Of a stretch of 64,000 nucleotides of DNA, positions 58,350 to 64,000 are shown in pieces. The first letter of the stretch is position 1. Each line of letters opens with the position of its first letter. The DNA lies in the NCBI GenBank assembly GCA_964632485.1, contig CAZWDO010000002.1:62001-126000 (forward strand), given 5' to 3'. The position numbers were made by a program, and so were the translations under genes. Under the pieces are notes generated by a model. The model worked only from the letters and a program-made list of their open reading frames with translations, was not told the DNA's origin and ran no database searches. This DNA is from an uncultured bacterium. GTDB taxonomy: Bacteria; JAGOEH01.

Positions 58350-59594
58350 TTGATAATGGATCAAAAACGAATTTTAGTTGTAGAGGATGAGGCTAATCTC
58401 GCGAATAGCATTAAGCTCTTGCTGACGATGGAAAATTATCAGGTGGATTGGGCGCCGGACGGTAAAAAAGGACAGGAACTTATTCGTTTAAACTCTTATG
58501 ATTTAGTAATTAGTGATATGGTTATGCCGAAAGTTGGAGGAATGGAACTGATTCGCTGGTTTAAAGAGAATCGGATAGAAGTTCCAATTTTAGTTATAAC
58601 CGGTTATGGCGATAAAACCATGTTGTTGGAAATGATGGAAATGGGATACTCCAACTATTTAGATAAACCTTTTGATGATGAACTGTTAATTCAAAAAGTG
58701 AATGCGATATTTAAACGAGAAGAAAAGAAAAAACTGGATATGGAACTTATTAAAGAAAAATTTGAGCAGACACATACTCAGCTAAACCAGGAATTGGAAC
58801 GGTATCAGATCGATTATCAACATCTTTTTCAACAATTGCTGGAAGCGCAGTTTGAGTATGAAGAGCTGATGACGCCGAAGGATACAAAATGTCCGCTGGC
58901 ATATCATTATAAAAAGCGGATGGTAGCCCGCCTCGGCGGTGATTGTTTTTTCATCCATCCGACCCAAAATGGGTGCGATTTGTTGATTGCTGATGTCGCG
59001 GGTCATGATATGAGCGCATCCTTTCATACACTTATCGTTAAAACCCTGTTTGAGATCAATGTCCGTCTGGGAAATAAAGGGTTTCGTTTTTTTAATCATT
59101 TGAATCAACATTTAATCCAAAACGGCAAAAGCCCCCGGATGATCACGGCCCAAATGTTTCAATTCAATTTTAATACCCATCAGGTCCAGATTACAACTGC
59201 CGGCCACCCTTATGCTATTTTAATCAAACCCGGTTCAAAAATGCCTGAGTTTGTTGAATTGGTCGGAAGTGTTTTAGGGATTTTTGATGATGTATCATTC
59301 GATAGTCATTCATTAATTATTCAACCCGGGTATCGCTTTATCTTCTATTCGGATGGTATTATCGAAATGAGCCGCCAGGATCCAGATAGCTCTGCAAGTA
59401 TAAAACTGGGGCCGGAGGGATTGATATCGATTTTGAAGGACAAGATTCATTTACCTCTTGAAGAGATGATCGATCAATTATGGGTAGATTTGTATCAGTT
59501 TTCCAACGGACACTATGAGGACGATTGCCTGTTAGTAGGTGTTGAAGTCCCACTAATGGACACGTTGGGCGTTTTTAGAGGGAATCTTTCGTAA
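58350..59594 (+). CDS. Response regulator with PP2C/SpoIIE phosphatase domain (RsbU-like)
   Basis: Receiver VVEDE..SDMVMP..KPF; PP2C motifs GGDCF, ADVAGH, AGHP, YSDGIIE and DDCLLV. Confidence 0.92.
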   Translation: MIMDQKRILVVEDEANLANSIKLLLTMENYQVDWAPDGKKGQELIRLNSYDLVISDMVMPKVGGMELIRWFKENRIEVPILVITGYGDKTMLLEMMEMGYSNYLDKPFDDELLIQKVNAIFKREEKKKLDMELIKEKFEQTHTQLNQELERYQIDYQHLFQQLLEAQFEYEELMTPKDTKCPLAYHYKKRMVARLGGDCFFIHPTQNGCDLLIADVAGHDMSASFHTLIVKTLFEINVRLGNKGFRFFNHLNQHLIQNGKSPRMITAQMFQFNFNTHQVQITTAGHPYAILIKPGSKMPEFVELVGSVLGIFDDVSFDSHSLIIQPGYRFIFYSDGIIEMSRQDPDSSASIKLGPEGLISILKDKIHLPLEEMIDQLWVDLYQFSNGHYEDDCLLVGVEVPLMDTLGVFRGNLS

Positions 59595-59671
59595 AGTATA
59601 ACTAATTTAGTTCTATGTTTCAGGTATTAGAATGAATTATTAATCGAATTTTAAATAAAGATATAAAAAAC

Positions 59672-59700
59672 TTGACAAATAAAGAATTTCAATTTATTAT
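59672..59700 (+). promoter_or_regulatory. Sigma70-type promoter
   Basis: TTGACA, 17 nt, TATTAT. Confidence 0.65.
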
Positions 59701-59770
59701 AAAAATATGGAAGAAAATTTGAAAGCTGTCGATATCTATTTTTAAATGAAATTTTAAATTTGGGAAGCGT

Positions 59771-62700
59771 ATGAAAATATTGATCATTGACGACTCATTG
59801 TTGAACCGTGAACAAGCGGCGAATATTTTACGCAAACAGAATTATTCGGTTGTGATCGCAGCGGATGGAACTAAGGGATTGGAAGCGGCAATGAGTGAAC
59901 AACCCGATTTGATTCTACTGGACCTGATTATGCCGGGATTGGACGGATTCGAGGTGTGTCAACAATTAAAGCAGAATTCGATCACTCAGGGCATTCCGGT
60001 CATTTTTCTAACTTCTATCCATAATCCCCAGGAAATAGCCCGCGCTTTTCAAATCGGGGCGGTTGATTATATCGTCAAACCGTTTCATGAAACCGAACTA
60101 CTGGCGCGGGTGGGAACTCATTTGCAGCTTAGGAATTCTTTACGAACTCTGGAACTGAATGAAAAAAAATTCCGTGGATATATCCAGAATTCTTTTATCG
60201 CTATTTTTATTATGGATCATGCGGGGAACCTTTTCGATGTCAATCAACAAGCATGTCATCTAACCGGATTCAAACGTGATGAGCTTTTACAATTCAGCCT
60301 TTTTGAGTTGTTCCCTCAATCTGAATTTGCTAAAATTGAACTTCTTATACAGGATGTAGTTGCAATCCAAAGAGCGCAATCCATGCTGAATTTTATCCGT
60401 AATGATGGAAAATCCTTCTATCTTTCATTGAATATTTCCCAGATTGAGTTGGATGAGTATATTTGTTTTACAACTGATGTTACACTGCGTATCGAGGCAG
60501 AAATGGAGTTGGCTCAACAAAAACATCTTTTAGAGACCATTCTGGACGGTATTCCGGATATTGTTTCGTTGCAGAACCCTGATCAATCGATTATCCATTA
60601 TAATCGGGCCGGATATGAATTTTTAAAAAAATTGCCGGAGGAAGTGCTGGGGAAAAAATGTTATGAATTTTTGGGCCTTGTCCGACCCTGTTTGGAATGC
60701 GCTACACGTCAAGTAATGAAAGAGCGGTCGATCCAAGTGATTGAAAAAAAAATCGGGGAATTGGATGAATGGTATGAATGCCGATCGATTCCAGTATTCA
60801 ATGCTATGGGAGAAATTGTTTTAATTGTGGAACAATTGCATAATATCACATTGCGCAAGCAAACGGAATCGATTCTGCTTTCCTTGTCGGAACGCCTGGA
60901 ATTGGCGGCGGAAGTCGGAAATATCGGCATTTGGGAAATCGTGTATCCTCAGCAGAAGGTGATATGGAATGATCAGATGTTTAAAATATACGATACGACT
61001 CCCTTTGAATATTCTCCTCATTATGATTCCTGGTTCCAGCAATGCCATCCGGATGATTTGAAAATTTTACTCGGCGCCATTGATGAATCTATACGGCATC
61101 GTCAAAAAGTTGACGTAGAAGTCCGTATCATTACGTTTAAAGATAATCCGCGTTATGTGCGCGCCCAGGCTTCGATCTTTTTTGATGAAAGTGGTCAACC
61201 CATGCGGGTCATTGGCGTAAATTGGGACGTTACTAATCAGCATATTACTGAAGAAAAAATAATGTTGGCTAAAATTGCCGCTGAAAAGGCCAGTCAGGCT
61301 AAAAGTGAATTTCTAGCCAAAATGAGTCACGAAATTCGAACTCCCATGAATGGAATCATTGGACTTTCAGAGCTTTTGTCTGAAAATGAAACTGTCCCCT
61401 CCCGTCGTGAATATCTGGAGATGATTCTGGAATCCGCCTATCAGTTGCTGGATATTATCAATGATATTCTTGATTTTTCCAAATTGGAGGCAAATAAAGT
61501 TACCATTAAGCCAACATCGTTTAATCTGAGGGAAACCTTAGAGCATTCGTTGGGTTTATTAAAAAAACAGTGTCAGCATAAAGGATTGGAGCTTATACTA
61601 ACAATCGATTCACAGCTTCCACTATCAATGGTGGGAGATTCGTTGCGGGTGAGTCAGGTGCTGATTAACCTGGTTTCTAATGCGATAAAATTTACCGATA
61701 CGGGTTCAATTACAATTAATGTACGGGAAGTAACTCATTTGAATGAAGTTCAAAGCTCGATTATTTATGTCGAATTCAGTATCCAGGATACGGGCATTGG
61801 AATTCCTGCAGATAAACTTGAGGAGATTTTTGAGAGTTTTAATCAAGCGGATAATTCTTCTTCCCGCAAGTATGGCGGTACTGGCTTGGGTTTGACGATC
61901 GCTCAGGAATTAGTCACCATGATGGAAGGGAAAATTGAAGTAATAAGTGAATCGGGGAAGGGCAGCCTATTCCATTTTACCATTCCATTTAAAATAGATT
62001 TCTCTTTGATTTCCGAAGGTTCCCGGCCGGAGAGCAATTTTCAATCTCCGGAAAAGAATTTGAAAATTTTTGTAGCTGAAGACAATTATATCAACCTGCG
62101 GCTGATGACTGCGATGTTTAAGAAATTGGGATATTCGATTGAATTTGCGCAAAATGGTCATTTAGCCTTAGAATCCCTTGAAAAAAAAGCCTATGATATC
62201 GTTTTTTTAGACATTCACATGCCGGAACGAAGTGGTACCGAAATTACCGAAATTATCCGCCAGAGACCCGGACCTAATCAACAAACCCCCATTATTGCCG
62301 TTACTGCGGATGCTCTACAAGGCGATCGTGAGAAGTATCTTGCCGCCGGTATGGATGATTACATTGCCAAGCCTTATAATATCAACGATATCCAGAGGAT
62401 TATCACCCGTCATGTTCTGGATTTTTCTTCGGTGAACAGGGATATTCCTGTAAATAAACCCTCTATCGAAATTGCTGCTGACTCTAAATCGCTGGTGTTT
62501 AACAGTGATGGATTTCTGGCGCGTATTTATCATGATTATTCTCTTTTTTCAAATATCATTAATCTTTTTATTGGTCAGTTTCCCCTGGATTTGAAGATAC
62601 TCGAAGACGCCATAAAAAATAGGGAATTGCAAAGAGTAGTCAGAGAAACTCATCGATTGAAAGGCGGAGTTGCTATTCTCGGAGCCGAAGAAATCCTTAG

Positions 62701-62857
62701 CTTATTAGATGCCATTGAGAATCTATCTGAATCTCGATCTGATGAACTTGATGGATTATTAGTGAAAATCGAGATGGCGTATGCCCGTTTCGTTGTGATT
62801 GCAGAAGAAAAACTTCAGCAAATTTCGAATCAAATAGCGGATATTCGCGAACTTTGA
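59771..62857 (+). CDS. Unorthodox hybrid kinase: REC-PAS-PAS-PAS-HisKA-HATPase-REC-HPt
   Basis: LDLIMP receiver; MSHEIRTPMNG; NLVSNAIKFT; DTGIGI; GGTGLGL; LDIHMP receiver; HRLKG HPt. Confidence 0.94.
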   Translation: MKILIIDDSLLNREQAANILRKQNYSVVIAADGTKGLEAAMSEQPDLILLDLIMPGLDGFEVCQQLKQNSITQGIPVIFLTSIHNPQEIARAFQIGAVDYIVKPFHETELLARVGTHLQLRNSLRTLELNEKKFRGYIQNSFIAIFIMDHAGNLFDVNQQACHLTGFKRDELLQFSLFELFPQSEFAKIELLIQDVVAIQRAQSMLNFIRNDGKSFYLSLNISQIELDEYICFTTDVTLRIEAEMELAQQKHLLETILDGIPDIVSLQNPDQSIIHYNRAGYEFLKKLPEEVLGKKCYEFLGLVRPCLECATRQVMKERSIQVIEKKIGELDEWYECRSIPVFNAMGEIVLIVEQLHNITLRKQTESILLSLSERLELAAEVGNIGIWEIVYPQQKVIWNDQMFKIYDTTPFEYSPHYDSWFQQCHPDDLKILLGAIDESIRHRQKVDVEVRIITFKDNPRYVRAQASIFFDESGQPMRVIGVNWDVTNQHITEEKIMLAKIAAEKASQAKSEFLAKMSHEIRTPMNGIIGLSELLSENETVPSRREYLEMILESAYQLLDIINDILDFSKLEANKVTIKPTSFNLRETLEHSLGLLKKQCQHKGLELILTIDSQLPLSMVGDSLRVSQVLINLVSNAIKFTDTGSITINVREVTHLNEVQSSIIYVEFSIQDTGIGIPADKLEEIFESFNQADNSSSRKYGGTGLGLTIAQELVTMMEGKIEVISESGKGSLFHFTIPFKIDFSLISEGSRPESNFQSPEKNLKIFVAEDNYINLRLMTAMFKKLGYSIEFAQNGHLALESLEKKAYDIVFLDIHMPERSGTEITEIIRQRPGPNQQTPIIAVTADALQGDREKYLAAGMDDYIAKPYNINDIQRIITRHVLDFSSVNRDIPVNKPSIEIAADSKSLVFNSDGFLARIYHDYSLFSNIINLFIGQFPLDLKILEDAIKNRELQRVVRETHRLKGGVAILGAEEILSLLDAIENLSESRSDELDGLLVKIEMAYARFVVIAEEKLQQISNQIADIREL

Positions 62858-62935
62858 GTCCGGGCGCTATTTTTTTACGATTTTAAGATATGATATGTCG
62901 TTAGCGAATTTTTATTAACCTGAAAGGAGAATTAT

Positions 62936-64000
62936 ATGGGCAGTGGCGCGTTCAACCCATTTCAAATGGCTCAGACTCAATTTGATCGTATCGCGGAAGT
63001 GTTGCAATTGGATGAAGGAACCCGCGCATTATTACGCGACCCCATGCGTGAATACCATTTTAGTATTCCAGTCCGTATGGATGACGGCAAAGTGAAAATT
63101 TTCAGGGGGTATCGCATCCAGCATAATGATTCGCGCGGCCCTTGTAAGGGTGGTATTCGTTTTCATCCTTTGGAAACGGTTGATACGGTACGCGCATTGT
63201 CATTATGGATGACCTGGAAATGCGCGGTAGTAGATATCCCCCTGGGTGGAGGAAAAGGAGGCGTGATTTGCGATCCCCATCATTTAACTGCTCGTGAACA
63301 AGAGCTCATCTGCCGCGGGTATGTTCGGCAATTAGCCCAGGTAGTTGGGCCGCTTCGCGATGTTCCAGCGCCTGATGTCATGACGAATGCCCAGCACATG
63401 CTATGGATGCTGGATGAATATGAGACTATCCGCGGCGTAAAATACCCCGGTTTTATTACTGGTAAACCAGTGGGTATGGGTGGGTCGCTCGGACGTACTG
63501 AGGCGACAGGTTTCGGGGTTGTTTATACATTGCGCGAGGCGTTAAGAATGCTGAATATGTCGCCTGAAAAATGTGTCGCTGCGGTCCAGGGTTTTGGCAA
63601 TGTCGCTCAATATGCTATAAAACTTTTTACCCAAATGGGCGGTCGCGTGATTTGTGTTTCCTGCTGGGACCAGACCGATCGAACTGCTTATACTTATCGG
63701 AAAAAAAGTGGGGTTGATCTGGCTGAATTACTATCGATTACTGATCGATTCGGTGGCATTGAGAAGGATAAAGCCCGTGAATTGAACTATGAGCTGCTCC
63801 CTGCGGAGGACTGGCTGGAACAGGATGTGGATATTTTGATTCCGGCGGCGTTGGAAAATCAGATCACTGCTGAAAATGTCAATAAAATCAGCCAACGTGT
63901 GCGGATTATTGCCGAAGGCGCGAATGGTCCGACCACTCCGGATGCGGATCAGATCATCCAACAACGGAATATTTTTATGATTCCCGATTTTTTAGCGAAT
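62936..64000 (+). CDS. gdhA: Glutamate dehydrogenase (Glu/Leu/Phe/Val dehydrogenase family), 3'-truncated; absent from the ORF track
   Basis: SD AAAGGAG then ATG 62936. Hand translation gives GPCKGGIRFHP, MTWKCAVVDIPLGGGKGG, DVPAPD, GRTEATG, QGFGNV and AEGANGPTT. Confidence 0.93.
   Translation, partial: MGSGAFNPFQMAQTQFDRIAEVLQLDEGTRALLRDPMREYHFSIPVRMDDGKVKIFRGYRIQHNDSRGPCKGGIRFHPLETVDTVRALSLWMTWKCAVVDIPLGGGKGGVICDPHHLTAREQELICRGYVRQLAQVVGPLRDVPAPDVMTNAQHMLWMLDEYETIRGVKYPGFITGKPVGMGGSLGRTEATGFGVVYTLREALRMLNMSPEKCVAAVQGFGNVAQYAIKLFTQMGGRVICVSCWDQTDRTAYTYRKKSGVDLAELLSITDRFGGIEKDKARELNYELLPAEDWLEQDVDILIPAALENQITAENVNKISQRVRIIAEGANGPTTPDADQIIQQRNIFMIPDFLAN

Noticed and set aside
63731-63964. 77-aa minus-strand ORF
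   Set aside because: Antisense shadow of gdhA, which the ORF track missed because it runs off the window.

Overview
64-kb chromosomal window from a diderm, probably anaerobic bacterium. An FCB-group affiliation (Calditrichota/KSB1/Delongbacteria-like) is inferred from Por/T9SS-type C-terminal domains, a TonB receptor and the yicC-gmk-rpoZ-UDG-dnaB gene order. Contents in order: a partial GGDEF gene; kamDE-atoDA lysine-fermentation genes; a SpoIID-yicC-gmk-rpoZ-UDG-like-dnaB-TamA/BamA run; potABCD plus proS; a transglutaminase-like/TPR gene split at a scaffold gap; a TonB receptor plus secreted protein; a lipid-modification block (OlsF-like acyltransferase, UPF0104 membrane protein, GT2, PHP-GT4 fusion); GH39; an RND pump; a solute-binding protein plus histidine kinase; fprA and a rubrerythrin-like gene; PPi-PFK; mrp; two FG-GAP surface proteins; a three-gene phosphorelay/PP2C cluster; and partial gdhA. 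Best finding: three promoters in the 18.9-30.4 kb block share one architecture (four hexamer positions, consensus TTAA(T/C)N, at an 11-bp period, then 9 nt, then TATATT). This points to a co-regulated, probably phosphate-starvation (PhoB/PhoP-like) regulon linking outer-membrane scavenging to phosphorus-free lipid synthesis, with a PHP-GT4 fusion where PlcP plus Agt would be expected. Also notable: a family-4 UDG that has lost its catalytic residues and overlaps dnaB, two structured-RNA candidates, three apparently leaderless genes, and a 26-bp duplication around an AT-rich insert at the N-gap. No tRNA, rRNA, CRISPR array, integrase or transposase was recognised. All calls are by-eye motif recognition; no searches were run.
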